Assembly (NCBI GenBank): GCA_038727515.1
Contig: JAVYVS010000001.1
Coordinates: forward strand, 544,001 to 608,000
Source of the DNA: Candidatus Methanomethylicia archaeon
Lineage (GTDB): Archaea; Thermoproteota; Methanomethylicia; Culexarchaeales; Culexarchaeaceae
DNA: 64,000 nucleotides
Reading direction: 5' to 3'
Under the pieces are notes generated by a model. That model did not search any database and had not been told where the DNA came from. It was given only the letters and a program-made list of their open reading frames with translations. A program made the translations under genes and the position numbers. Below, piece after piece: positions 50,746 to 60,801 of this stretch; the first letter of the stretch is position 1; every line of letters begins with the position of its first letter.

Positions 50746-53313
50746 GTGTTAAGTAATAGAGGGTTAAATTATCCATTTACAGCAATAGTAGGTCAAGAGA
50801 AAGTGAAGAAGGCATTACTCACAATACTAGTGGACCCAACAATAAGTGGAGTACTAATAATAGGACCAAAAGGTTCTGGAAAAACTATTATCGCACGCTC
50901 CATAGTAGACTTATTACCAGAAATAGAAATTGTTGAAGGATGTACTTTCCATTGCAACCCATATAAAGTGGAAGAAATGTGTAATCAATGTAAAGAGAAG
51001 ATTACCAATGGAGAAAAGATTGAAATTGCAAAAATGAAAATGCCATTTGTAGAATTACCAATAAGTGCTACAGAAGATAGAGTAGTAGGATCAATAGATT
51101 GGGAAAAAGCTATAAGAGAAGGTGTGAAAGCTTTTCAACTAGGATTATTAGCGCAAGCAAATAGAGGAATACTATATATTGATCAAGTAAATATACTCCC
51201 AGATTCTTTAATAGATGTAATACTTGATGCTTCAGCATCTGGATGGAATGTAGTGGAGAGAGAAGGAATAAAATTGGTGCATCCAGCTAGATTTACATTG
51301 ATTGGTACAATAAACCCTGAAGAAGGAACTTTAAGACCACAAATACTGGATAGATTTGCATTATGTGTAAAAATGGAAGATATAACAGATGTAGAACGTA
51401 GAAATACCATAGCCATTAGAAACATGTTATTTGAAGAGGATCCATTAAAATTCATTGAAGAATGGAAAGAAAAACAGATTGAAGTAAAAAAGAAAATAGA
51501 AGAAGCAAGGAAAATTCTCCCAATGGTAAAAGTTCCGAGGGAAGTTGAAGAAAAAACAGTGGAATTATGTATAAAGATGAATGTAGATGGTCATAGGCCA
51601 GACATTATTATAACTAAAGTATCAAGAGTATTAGCAGCTTTAGATGGAAGATTAGAAGTATGTATTGATGACATACTTAGTGCAGCTGAATTAGCATTAC
51701 CACATAGAATTAAAGGTGAAGAATTTAAGCAGATAACTAGTGAAGAATTGAAGCAGACACTAGCATTAGCAACCACAGTTTCAAAAGCAGAAGATAAAGC
51801 TGAAGAAACTGAAGAAGAAATAAAACAAGTGAAAGTTGAAATTGGAGAAGGAATGGCTTTACCACAAATATCAAAACCTCCTGAAATTAAGAAGAAGACA
51901 TGGAATATACCTATGCCAATAGCATTAGTGATAATGATGGTTATGTATTATTTTGTCTTCTATTTTGCATTTGCAGCAGTAACATTAATGTTTGCTGGAA
52001 CTATGGGTAAGGGATGGGAAGAGGTTAGTGAATTAATGAGTGGAGAATTATATAAATGGGCTGCAATAGCACTTGGAGGATACATGCTTCTTCAAACAAT
52101 TCTTAATGCATTATCGAGGAGGAGAAAGATAGCTTATGTTAAAGCCGTTAGAGTACAGGAGGAGGAGGCAAAGAGGATAATTACACATAGAATTTTAGTA
52201 AAAGAACAGATAGTGGAGGCTCCTCCACCAATACAGAAATTTGGTGCAAGAGCATTTCAATACATATCATTATTAGGTACAAAGATTCTTTCAAGTTATA
52301 GGGCAGCTATAGATAAGGGTAGAAAGATCTTTCAAAGTATTTATGATGTAATGGCAACTCCACCACCAATGTTCAAAATAACATTATCCTCAGAATATAT
52401 GAAGGGGAGGAAGAAGGGAAGAGCAGAAGTTTCCAGAGGAGTATGGATTAGGAGGGGGAAATATGTTAAACATGCATTACCAAAGGAAAAACCATATGAT
52501 ATCGCCATAGCGCCAACAATAAGAAGTGCAGCTCCAAAACAAAAGATTAGAAGTAAAAGACAAGGTGTAGCAATAAACATAGATTATGATGATATAAGGG
52601 TTAAAGTCAAAGAAACAAGAATGCCACTAATAACCATGATAGTTTTAGATATAAGTGAATCTATGGTTTCCTCAATAGAAAGCGTAAAAGCTGCAATAAG
52701 AGGCTTACAAAAGGGAGCTCATGCTAAGAGGGATAAAATTGGATTAATAGTATTTAAAGGTAAACATGCAGAAGTACTGCAATATCCAACAACAAACGTA
52801 AATGCGGTAGTGGAGAAATTAATTAATGTTGGTGTAAGTGATTTCACACCTCTAGCTGCAGGTTTAAAGAAGGCTAGGGAAATACTTATGATGGAGAAAT
52901 CAAAAATGAAGGAATCTATACCAGTAATGGTTATAATATCAGATGGAATAGCAAACGTACCATTAGAAAATCCATTATCACCAGAGAATAGAAGTAGATT
53001 TCTAAATCCAGCTCAAGCAGATGCACTGGATATAGCGAGATTAATAGCTAAAGATGGAATAAAAACAATAGTGATAAATACAGATCATAGATCAGATGAA
53101 ATATACAAGAGGATATATTATAGAAGGGATATGCAAGTAGTATTTTATACACCAACTGCATTAATGATGGAATTAGCAAAAATAACTAGAGGAAAATACT
53201 ATGGATTAAGAGCAGATAAACCAATAGCAGAAATAGTTATAGAAGATGTTGTAAGTCAAATGCTAATAATACCGGAGAAAGCTATGGAACCAATAGGATT
53301 CTATATGGAGTAG
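50746..53313 (+). CDS. ChlI/ChlD-like chelatase AAA+ protein with internal TM hairpin and C-terminal vWA domain
   Basis: YPFTAIVGQE, GPKGSGKT, ATEDRVVGS, ANRGILYIDQVN, EREG, NPEEG.LRPQILDRF; vWA LDISESM, TPLAAGL, ISDGIAN. Confidence 0.88.
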   Translation: MLSNRGLNYPFTAIVGQEKVKKALLTILVDPTISGVLIIGPKGSGKTIIARSIVDLLPEIEIVEGCTFHCNPYKVEEMCNQCKEKITNGEKIEIAKMKMPFVELPISATEDRVVGSIDWEKAIREGVKAFQLGLLAQANRGILYIDQVNILPDSLIDVILDASASGWNVVEREGIKLVHPARFTLIGTINPEEGTLRPQILDRFALCVKMEDITDVERRNTIAIRNMLFEEDPLKFIEEWKEKQIEVKKKIEEARKILPMVKVPREVEEKTVELCIKMNVDGHRPDIIITKVSRVLAALDGRLEVCIDDILSAAELALPHRIKGEEFKQITSEELKQTLALATTVSKAEDKAEETEEEIKQVKVEIGEGMALPQISKPPEIKKKTWNIPMPIALVIMMVMYYFVFYFAFAAVTLMFAGTMGKGWEEVSELMSGELYKWAAIALGGYMLLQTILNALSRRRKIAYVKAVRVQEEEAKRIITHRILVKEQIVEAPPPIQKFGARAFQYISLLGTKILSSYRAAIDKGRKIFQSIYDVMATPPPMFKITLSSEYMKGRKKGRAEVSRGVWIRRGKYVKHALPKEKPYDIAIAPTIRSAAPKQKIRSKRQGVAINIDYDDIRVKVKETRMPLITMIVLDISESMVSSIESVKAAIRGLQKGAHAKRDKIGLIVFKGKHAEVLQYPTTNVNAVVEKLINVGVSDFTPLAAGLKKAREILMMEKSKMKESIPVMVIISDGIANVPLENPLSPENRSRFLNPAQADALDIARLIAKDGIKTIVINTDHRSDEIYKRIYYRRDMQVVFYTPTALMMELAKITRGKYYGLRADKPIAEIVIEDVVSQMLIIPEKAMEPIGFYME

Positions 53314-53322
53314 GTATAGGGT

Positions 53323-55311
53323 TTACAATCCAATTAAAGTTAATGATAAATTTGTTAACCAACCCAAAAATATTGAAAGGATTACTGTAAAAAGCGATAT
53401 TAATGTAGCTCTCTTCCAACCTTCTTCCCTAACACAAGCGGCTATTGTAGCTACACATGGAATGAAGAACATTACAATAATTGTGAATACAAGCATTTGT
53501 TTAAACGTCATAAACATTCGAAGATCACTTGAACCAAAAAGTTCTTCGAGCATAATTAACGCAAGTTCTTTCCTAAGTATACCAAAAATCAATGGGAACC
53601 CAGCTATAATAGGCAATCCCAATAAACCGGAAATCAATGGTGACATAATGTATGAAATAGGTTCAACCAAATTTAATTGATAAAATAAACTTAAAATTAC
53701 ACTTCCAACAACTATTAAAGGCGAAGCCTCATAAAGGAAGCTCTCAACTCTACGCCAAGTCTTAATTAAAATAGCTCTTAAAAATGGTTTTCGGTAATCA
53801 GGCATCTCCATTATCAAACCCACAGGACATCCAGGTAGAACCTTATTTAAAAGAAGACCAATTAATATCACCACAAATATATTAACCACATAGAGAAGTA
53901 ATCCATAAATTAAACCAATATATTTGCCTACAATCCCTAATATCACCACAGTCCTAGCACTACATGGTATTAAAACAACTAGAAAACTCAAAAGAAACTT
54001 TTCACGATCACTTTCCATAATTCTACATCCTAAACATGCGGGAACATTACAACCATAACCCAACATTAGAGGTAGAAAAGCTTTCCCATGTAAACCGATT
54101 CTATGCATAAAAGCATCCATTAAATACGCAGCTCGAGGCATATACCCAGTATCTTCCAAAATTGAGAGAATAAAATAGAATGGTAAAATGTAAGGTAACG
54201 ATATTGTTAAAACAGCAATAAAACCATTGATTAAACCACCAACAATAATACCATATAAAGGTTCAGGAAGATGATATAACAATAAACTAGAAATTTGAGG
54301 CATAAACACATCATCAAATATATAATCCAATAAGCTTTCAAGAAAACTTCCACCAATAAAGATGAAATAGAAAATCCCAAAAAACACCAACACCAATATC
54401 AGATATCCAATTATGGGATGAGTAGTCCAATAGTTCAATCTATCTGAAAGAGAAAGGCGTATAGCTTCTTTTTCAATAAATTGAACATTTGCAAGGATAT
54501 CCCTATTTATTATACCATACCGTTCAGAAGATATTATTGATGTTATGGATTCACCATGAATCTTCTCCAATTCTTCAATAAATTCTTGAACTAACAATAA
54601 TACAACTTTACCTTCATCTAACTCACTAACCATTCTTAAAACATGATCATCCCTCTCAAGTAGTTTTATGGAAATCCACCTTGAAGGATATTTTGAACAT
54701 AAATTAGGAAGATATCTCTCCACGATTTTAGCTATAATTGAAACCTTCTCTTCAACTTCTCTACCATACCTAACTTTAAATGGTGATAAACGTATTCTAC
54801 CCTCAAAAACATCAACAATAGTTTTAACAAGTTTATCAATACCACTACCAGTTACAGCAATCATAGGTATAACAGGAACTCCAAGAATTCTACTCAATTT
54901 TTCAACATCTATACGTAAACCTTTACTTTGAGCTACATCCATTAAATTTAATGCAATAATTAATGGAGCGTTTAATTCAAACAATTGTAGTGTTAAATAC
55001 AAATTTCTTTCCAGTACAGAAGCATCAACAACATTAACTACAATATCGGGCTTAGCTGAAACAATATATTCCCTAGCAATAATTTCCTCTTCAGAATAAG
55101 TGGAAAGAGAATATATACCAGGTAAATCTATAACATTTATTTCATAATCACCATAAATCAATTTACCTTCAGCTTTCTCTACAGTTTTACCAGGCCAATT
55201 ACCAACTATCTGACTGCCACCAACAAGATTATTAAAAATAACACTTTTACCCACATTAGGCTGACCAGCCAATGCAACATTAATCCTCTTTCTAACCATA
55301 TAAACCATCAC
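53323..55311 (-). CDS. feoB: Ferrous iron transporter B
   Basis: GQPNVGKS, GNWPGKTVE, DLPGIYSL, NLMD, LEDTGYMPRAA, GCNVPA, PCSAR, MEMPDY, PCVA. Confidence 0.96.
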   Translation of the reverse strand: MMVYMVRKRINVALAGQPNVGKSVIFNNLVGGSQIVGNWPGKTVEKAEGKLIYGDYEINVIDLPGIYSLSTYSEEEIIAREYIVSAKPDIVVNVVDASVLERNLYLTLQLFELNAPLIIALNLMDVAQSKGLRIDVEKLSRILGVPVIPMIAVTGSGIDKLVKTIVDVFEGRIRLSPFKVRYGREVEEKVSIIAKIVERYLPNLCSKYPSRWISIKLLERDDHVLRMVSELDEGKVVLLLVQEFIEELEKIHGESITSIISSERYGIINRDILANVQFIEKEAIRLSLSDRLNYWTTHPIIGYLILVLVFFGIFYFIFIGGSFLESLLDYIFDDVFMPQISSLLLYHLPEPLYGIIVGGLINGFIAVLTISLPYILPFYFILSILEDTGYMPRAAYLMDAFMHRIGLHGKAFLPLMLGYGCNVPACLGCRIMESDREKFLLSFLVVLIPCSARTVVILGIVGKYIGLIYGLLLYVVNIFVVILIGLLLNKVLPGCPVGLIMEMPDYRKPFLRAILIKTWRRVESFLYEASPLIVVGSVILSLFYQLNLVEPISYIMSPLISGLLGLPIIAGFPLIFGILRKELALIMLEELFGSSDLRMFMTFKQMLVFTIIVMFFIPCVATIAACVREEGWKRATLISLFTVILSIFLGWLTNLSLTLIGL

Positions 55312-55931
55312 TTTAAACGTTTAACGTAAATTCTAGATGCAATACCCCTACCAATAACTATCTCATAACCTCTAACCCTTAGGATAAATGGGCCTCCAAA
55401 TGGACCTGCAGATAAAACTTCTAACTCTATTCCAGGTGTCAACCCCATATCTGAAAGCCTCCTAAGAATACCGTAACCACCCATAGCATACATAAATACC
55501 CCCCTCTCTCCCGGGCGAAGATTCGTTAGTGGTTCAGCTTCTTCAACATTGCCATCAAATTTTGAGAGAAAATCTTTAAGGGAATTGATCTCGTCGTCAT
55601 CTAAACCATGGCTATACTTTAAATGTTCATGAACAACACCAGAACTTATATTTTCTAAATCACATTTACCATGAATTAATTTGTCATGTATAAAGGTTTG
55701 TCTATAATTTAATACGAAGTCTCGTCCTGCTTCTGTTAAACTTAGATTATCACCCGAGATTAAACCTTTATTTAGAGCTAATTTTAAGACTTCATTAACA
55801 AATAAGGGAGGAATACTAAGTTTCTTTGATATTAAATCTATAGTGGGTTGAATACCTGAAAGAGTCATAGAATATATTGTTTCTAGAACTTTTGGCATTA
55901 ATCTTTCCACTAAATCCATATCATAACCCAT
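55308..55931 (-). CDS. feoA: DtxR-like wHTH fused to FeoA domain
   Basis: N-terminal wHTH (...LSLTEAG), His-rich middle, C-terminal RRLSDMGLTPG...GPFGGP...IGRGIASRIYV; likely ATG 55931 or 55919. Confidence 0.8.
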   Translation of the reverse strand: MGYDMDLVERLMPKVLETIYSMTLSGIQPTIDLISKKLSIPPLFVNEVLKLALNKGLISGDNLSLTEAGRDFVLNYRQTFIHDKLIHGKCDLENISSGVVHEHLKYSHGLDDDEINSLKDFLSKFDGNVEEAEPLTNLRPGERGVFMYAMGGYGILRRLSDMGLTPGIELEVLSAGPFGGPFILRVRGYEIVIGRGIASRIYVKRLK

Positions 55932-55935
55932 AATT

Positions 55936-56397
55936 CTAAACCTCCAAGGGGCATTTACCACCATTCAAACAAATGTTATTACATGGAAGAGGATTACCAT
56001 GTGGACATTGAGAAGGTATATTTAGAACTTTGCAAATTCTAAAAACACTTTTATCATCAATATAATGTTCAATTGAGCAAATCTCAGATATGACTTTTTC
56101 ATCGATATTAAACTTTAACAGATAATTATACAAACACTCTAGAATTTCTCTTTTAAGAATGTATTTGAAAGCAAGGTTTTCCCCTTCAATAGTTAATTTC
56201 ACACCCCTATAAGGAACATAATTGCAAAGTCCAATATTATTAAGCCTTTGAACAGCTTCAGTAGTGGTAGATTTAGAAACCCCTAAAAATTCAGCTAAAC
56301 TAGAATTATTAACCCAACCATCACTACTAATTTTCATCAAACTATAAATTGCAATGAGATAATCTTCAATTCTCTTATGTTTAAAGATTTCAGACAC
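55936..56397 (-). CDS. DtxR/MntR family metal-dependent repressor
   Basis: EDYLIAIY, LAEFLGVSKSTTT, Y.PYRGV.LT, IEH, CPHGNPLP. Confidence 0.92.
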   Translation of the reverse strand: MSEIFKHKRIEDYLIAIYSLMKISSDGWVNNSSLAEFLGVSKSTTTEAVQRLNNIGLCNYVPYRGVKLTIEGENLAFKYILKREILECLYNYLLKFNIDEKVISEICSIEHYIDDKSVFRICKVLNIPSQCPHGNPLPCNNICLNGGKCPLEV

Positions 56398-56406
56398 AGA
56401 AAAATG

Positions 56407-56444
56407 TTATTAAACAGTTTAATAAAAATTTCGGTTATACGAAA
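56407..56444. promoter_or_regulatory. Candidate metal-repressor operator(s) upstream of dtxR-feoA-feoB
   Basis: Perfect 19-bp palindrome TTATTAAAC-A-GTTTAATAA (56407-56425) and TTTCG-N6-CGAAA (56429-56444), 10-47 nt upstream of the GTG at 56397. Confidence 0.55.
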
Positions 56445-56488
56445 AGTGTATACAAAAATCAATATAAAAATATATATTGTTGAAATAA

Positions 56489-58054
56489 TTATATATTGAT
56501 GAAATAATGTTTAAGTTTACCATTCTCAAGGTTAAAAACTATCCTCTTCAACCATTCATTGGATTCATTTGGATAATCAACTCTGTAATGAGCCCCTCTA
56601 CTTTCTTCACGAATTAAACTTGAACATGCTACAACTTCTGATACTAAAAGCATATTTTCAAATTCTAGAAACTTTAAAACATCAAGTCTTGAGGATATGG
56701 ATACATCAGAAACTTTAACCTTTAAATCATTAATAAGTTTTAAAAGCTCCATTAAACTATTACCGCTACGAATAACACCACAATTCCTCCACATACCCCT
56801 CTTTAATTCCAATCTTAAATCATCAATTATATAAGAGCCAGAACGGGGAAAATTGATTTTATTGGAAAATGATTTCATAATCTCACTAGAATCAATCTTT
56901 TTTAAATCTTTTTGAAGAGCATATTTTGAAGCTTGATATCCAGCTATAGCACCAAAAACAATAGTCTCAGTAAGCGCATTACCTCCAAGTCTATTTGCAC
57001 CATGAACTCCACCACAAACTTCACCACAAGCATAAAGCCCTCGAATATTAGTACTGCAATTATCATCTATTAATATTCCACCCATAGTAAAATGAGCTGT
57101 GGGAGCAACCTTAAACTTACTACCACTCAAACCAAAAATCTTAATAAGATGTACTGATGATTCAGGCATAACTTCCATTGGATCCATATTTCCAATATCC
57201 ATTATTAAAGCATCATCAATACCAAATCCATTTAATATTTCGGTAAAGAGAGCTCTTGAAAATAAATCTCTATTTTCAATTATGATTCTACCTAAAGGTT
57301 TATTGAAACCATATTTTAAAATGACATCTTCACCAACATTATTAATGATCTTTGCATTATAAGCTGGGAAAAGCCATGATGGTTTCCCCTTCTCAGCTAA
57401 ACCTAGAGGGAAAAATTGAGTAAACTCCATATCCACGAGTTTGGCTCCAGCTCTTAACGCCATAGCACATCCATCACCAGAAACTCTAATAGGATTATCA
57501 TTTCTCATGAAAACCTGGCTAAACCCTCCCGTTGAAATAATTACCGATTTTGAATATACTGGTATAAGTTTATTTGATGGTAAATGTAATATTAATGCGC
57601 CGTAAACTTCATGTTCATCAACTATTAAATCTAAAACCATAGAATTCTCTAGAAATGTTACATTGATCCTCTTGGCATAATCCCTTAAAGGCTTAATTAA
57701 ACCTAAACCAGCAGTTAAAGGACCATCACCAACACTAGCCCCTCCATCCCTAAACTTTATATCAACATTGAAATTTCTTAATTCCATTAATCTATTTGAA
57801 GCTTCATTTACAAGAACTTTAACAAGTTTACGATCATTAATAAATCTACCACCAATAATAGTATCCTCAAAATGTCTTTCTACACTATATGAGCCAAAGG
57901 CAGCTCTAAAACCTCCACCAACATATAAACTACATGAAGCAAAACCAATAGGAGCTTTAGAAACTAATATAACATTAACACCCATTCTCTTAGCTTCAAT
58001 AGAAGCTCTAAGACCAGCAGCTCCACCACCAATCACTAAGACATCAGTTTCCAA
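56489..58054 (-). CDS. SdhA/FrdA/NadB-family flavoprotein
   Basis: VIGGGAAG, STGG, GDG.AMA.RAGA, DMEF.QF, AHFTMGG, GLYACGE, HGANRLGGNAL, ESRGAHYR.DYP. Confidence 0.85.
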   Translation of the reverse strand: METDVLVIGGGAAGLRASIEAKRMGVNVILVSKAPIGFASCSLYVGGGFRAAFGSYSVERHFEDTIIGGRFINDRKLVKVLVNEASNRLMELRNFNVDIKFRDGGASVGDGPLTAGLGLIKPLRDYAKRINVTFLENSMVLDLIVDEHEVYGALILHLPSNKLIPVYSKSVIISTGGFSQVFMRNDNPIRVSGDGCAMALRAGAKLVDMEFTQFFPLGLAEKGKPSWLFPAYNAKIINNVGEDVILKYGFNKPLGRIIIENRDLFSRALFTEILNGFGIDDALIMDIGNMDPMEVMPESSVHLIKIFGLSGSKFKVAPTAHFTMGGILIDDNCSTNIRGLYACGEVCGGVHGANRLGGNALTETIVFGAIAGYQASKYALQKDLKKIDSSEIMKSFSNKINFPRSGSYIIDDLRLELKRGMWRNCGVIRSGNSLMELLKLINDLKVKVSDVSISSRLDVLKFLEFENMLLVSEVVACSSLIREESRGAHYRVDYPNESNEWLKRIVFNLENGKLKHYFINI

Positions 58055-58101
58055 AAGATCACCAAAAATAATATGAAATTACAAGATATAAACTAAATCA
58101 T

Positions 58102-58920
58102 TTAAAACATAACTTTAGATAGTATAAAATTGTATAAATCGACTCTTCTATCATTTAAAACATTATTCAATGGTGTTATCCATTTATCTCTAGCTATAAG
58201 TGGATCTACATCAACTATCCCTACAACTTCTTCAGATTCTCCAGCTGAAAGTAGAACTTCCATATTTGGATTAACAATTTGACTTAAACCAGTATACCTT
58301 AATTTTAATCCACCCCTCTCTTCAACACCAACTCTATTAGCAGTAACCGTGTAAACTCTGTTTTCAATAGCCCTAACCCTCATAGCCATTTGAGCATATT
58401 GTAAAACCAAATTCGCTGGATGACAAATTATATCAGCACCTTTTAAAGCTAAGATCCTCGCAACCTCAGGAAAACACCAATCAAAACATATCATAATTCC
58501 AATTCTAGCTAAACCAATATCATAAACATTAAAATCAGAATTTCCAGCATCAAAAAATAGCTTTTCCCTATTAAATAAATGAGCTTTACGATAAACACCA
58601 ATAAGACCATTAGGCCCAATCAAAACAGCTGAATTATACAGTTTATCAACATACTTTTCAGCTAAACCAGCAACTATAAATACATGCTTCTTATATGCGA
58701 AGTCAATAAGCTTTCTACAAGTATATCCATTAGGTATTTCTTCAGCTAAATCTAAAACTTCACTTCTACTAGTAAATAAATAACCAGTATTAAATAATTC
58801 TGGTAAAACTATAAGGTCAAAGGATGATTCTGAAAGCATCATTAATGCCTTTTCAACATTATCTTCAATTTCACCAAATTTTGGATTAAACTGTAGGAAT
58901 CCTATCTTCAAAACTATCAT
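58102..58920 (-). CDS. Carbon-nitrogen hydrolase (nitrilase superfamily)
   Basis: Catalytic triad LPELF, YRKAHL, ICFDW; RAIEN, NRVG. Confidence 0.92.
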   Translation of the reverse strand: MIVLKIGFLQFNPKFGEIEDNVEKALMMLSESSFDLIVLPELFNTGYLFTSRSEVLDLAEEIPNGYTCRKLIDFAYKKHVFIVAGLAEKYVDKLYNSAVLIGPNGLIGVYRKAHLFNREKLFFDAGNSDFNVYDIGLARIGIMICFDWCFPEVARILALKGADIICHPANLVLQYAQMAMRVRAIENRVYTVTANRVGVEERGGLKLRYTGLSQIVNPNMEVLLSAGESEEVVGIVDVDPLIARDKWITPLNNVLNDRRVDLYNFILSKVMF

Positions 58921-58956
58921 TAAAAAATAGTAAAGTTGAGTTATTAAAGATTTATT

Positions 58957-60153
58957 TTAGCATGGTATTGTTAAGCTATCTATATCCCTTGGATAAAATG
59001 TTACAATTTCAACTCCATCATCAGTTATTATTACGGTATCTGAATGTCTAAAACCGGCAAATCCAGGTATATATATTCCAGGTTCACATGAGAAAACCAT
59101 ACCTGGCTTTAAAATTGTTTGATCACCATCTTCAATCCATGGAGGTTCATGTCCTTGGAGCCCAATACCATGACCAACCCTATGCAAAATGTATTCTGAT
59201 GGTACACCTTCTTCTTTGAATACTTTAAAAGCAGCCTTATTTACATCACTACATTTAACTCCTGGTTTAAAAGCATCTAGAGAAGCTTGCTGAGCTTTCA
59301 ACATTATATTAAAGTATTTGATTTGTTTATCATTTGGTTTTCCAACGATCATAGTTCTTTCAAGTTCAGAATTATACCCCCCAATTCTAGCACCAGCTCC
59401 AGTAACAAGGACATCACCTTCACGTATAACAATATTTGAAGCTAACATATGTGGATATGCAGAATAAACCCCTATTTGACCTCTAAAACCAGCTGAAGCT
59501 GGAAGCATAGTTCCAGGTTCAAATTCAGGTCCAAGAGCTTTAATCATAGCAAGTGAAGCTTCAAAACTAGCTCTAGCAGCAACTTCAATCTCTAAAGCTC
59601 CGGGATAAACATATTCCTGGAGAAGTTTATGAGCTAAATTACCCCACTTAGCACTTTCCCTTATAAGTGAAAGTTCTTCTTCATCCTTAATAATACGCAT
59701 ATCACTTATAATTTTCCCAAGATTTTCAATTTTAACAGTAGGTAATACTTCACCTAATGATGGCCCGACATAACCCATAATACCAGGATATCCAGGGGCA
59801 TCTACAGCAATCTTTTTATCACCAAGTTTTAATTCTTCTAATCCCCTCGCTAAAACTTTCATTGGATGTTCAACACCAGGATATTCAAAATAGACAATCC
59901 TCTTTTTAATATGTGGGACTCTAAATTTTGAATGATCTTCTTCAAGTCTTGGTATAAATAGTATAGGTTCATCATCCACTGGAAGTATTAGTGCAGTAGG
60001 CCTCTCAGTTGAAATTATCGTATATCCAACAAGATAGAAAACATTTAAAGGTGTGAATAAGATCATCGCTTTACACTCACGTTTTTCAAGTTCTTTACGA
60101 ATATAATTCATCCTTTTCTCATGCGTCTTCCAACTAATAGCATATCTACCCAT
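58957..60153 (-). CDS. M24 Xaa-Pro peptidase / creatinase-like protein
   Basis: RIIKDEEE, GYNSELERT, HRVGHGIGL..HEPP, EPGIY, GFRHSD. Confidence 0.85.
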   Translation of the reverse strand: MGRYAISWKTHEKRMNYIRKELEKRECKAMILFTPLNVFYLVGYTIISTERPTALILPVDDEPILFIPRLEEDHSKFRVPHIKKRIVYFEYPGVEHPMKVLARGLEELKLGDKKIAVDAPGYPGIMGYVGPSLGEVLPTVKIENLGKIISDMRIIKDEEELSLIRESAKWGNLAHKLLQEYVYPGALEIEVAARASFEASLAMIKALGPEFEPGTMLPASAGFRGQIGVYSAYPHMLASNIVIREGDVLVTGAGARIGGYNSELERTMIVGKPNDKQIKYFNIMLKAQQASLDAFKPGVKCSDVNKAAFKVFKEEGVPSEYILHRVGHGIGLQGHEPPWIEDGDQTILKPGMVFSCEPGIYIPGFAGFRHSDTVIITDDGVEIVTFYPRDIDSLTIPC

Positions 60154-60222
60154 AAAAACACCAAATAAAACTAGATAAATAGAGTATAAAGCTTTAACTA
60201 AATAATAAATAAAACTATAAGA

Positions 60223-60801
60223 TTAATCAAGTTCTTCAGGTGAATAAGACATTTTACGAAGCTTATCTATACTATCTTTAAAACCGCTTACAAGTAAAAG
60301 AATTCCTCCAGTAAGAGTAAAATCTTCCGGAGGATCTTTAATCCATCTCTCCCCTGGAGATCTAACAGCCAATACATTAATCCCCATTTCATCAAGTTCA
60401 AGCTCAGATAGAGATTTACCATCAATTTCACTTCCTTTACCAACTCTAATTAGAGAAACACCTTCTTCAGTTTCACTGAAAACCATACTTAATATTGGAT
60501 GAGATTTAAATCCCCTCATAACAACGTCAGCTATTGAGGCAGCAGCATCAGAAATAGATTCCATACATAAACTAAGCCTAATAACACCTAAAATGTTATG
60601 AATATCTCCGTCAATATCCTTAGCCTTTAAACATTCCAATTCTAAATCTGTATGTAATCTATCCACTTCTTCCTCCATAGCTAAAACTTCATGGGCAATA
60701 CTCTGATCATTGTATAAAAGGGAGTAATAAGCTAAATCAATCATAGACCTAGACATATCCATTATCTTAATAAGCTTCTCCTCAATAACATTAAAATTCA
60801 T
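60223..60801 (-). CDS. PhoU + TrkA-C (RCK_C) domain protein
   Basis: MIDLAYYSLL...EEEVD...ESISDAA PhoU repeat; GSEIDGKSL.EL.L...VLAVR. Confidence 0.85.
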   Translation of the reverse strand: MNFNVIEEKLIKIMDMSRSMIDLAYYSLLYNDQSIAHEVLAMEEEVDRLHTDLELECLKAKDIDGDIHNILGVIRLSLCMESISDAAASIADVVMRGFKSHPILSMVFSETEEGVSLIRVGKGSEIDGKSLSELELDEMGINVLAVRSPGERWIKDPPEDFTLTGGILLLVSGFKDSIDKLRKMSYSPEELD

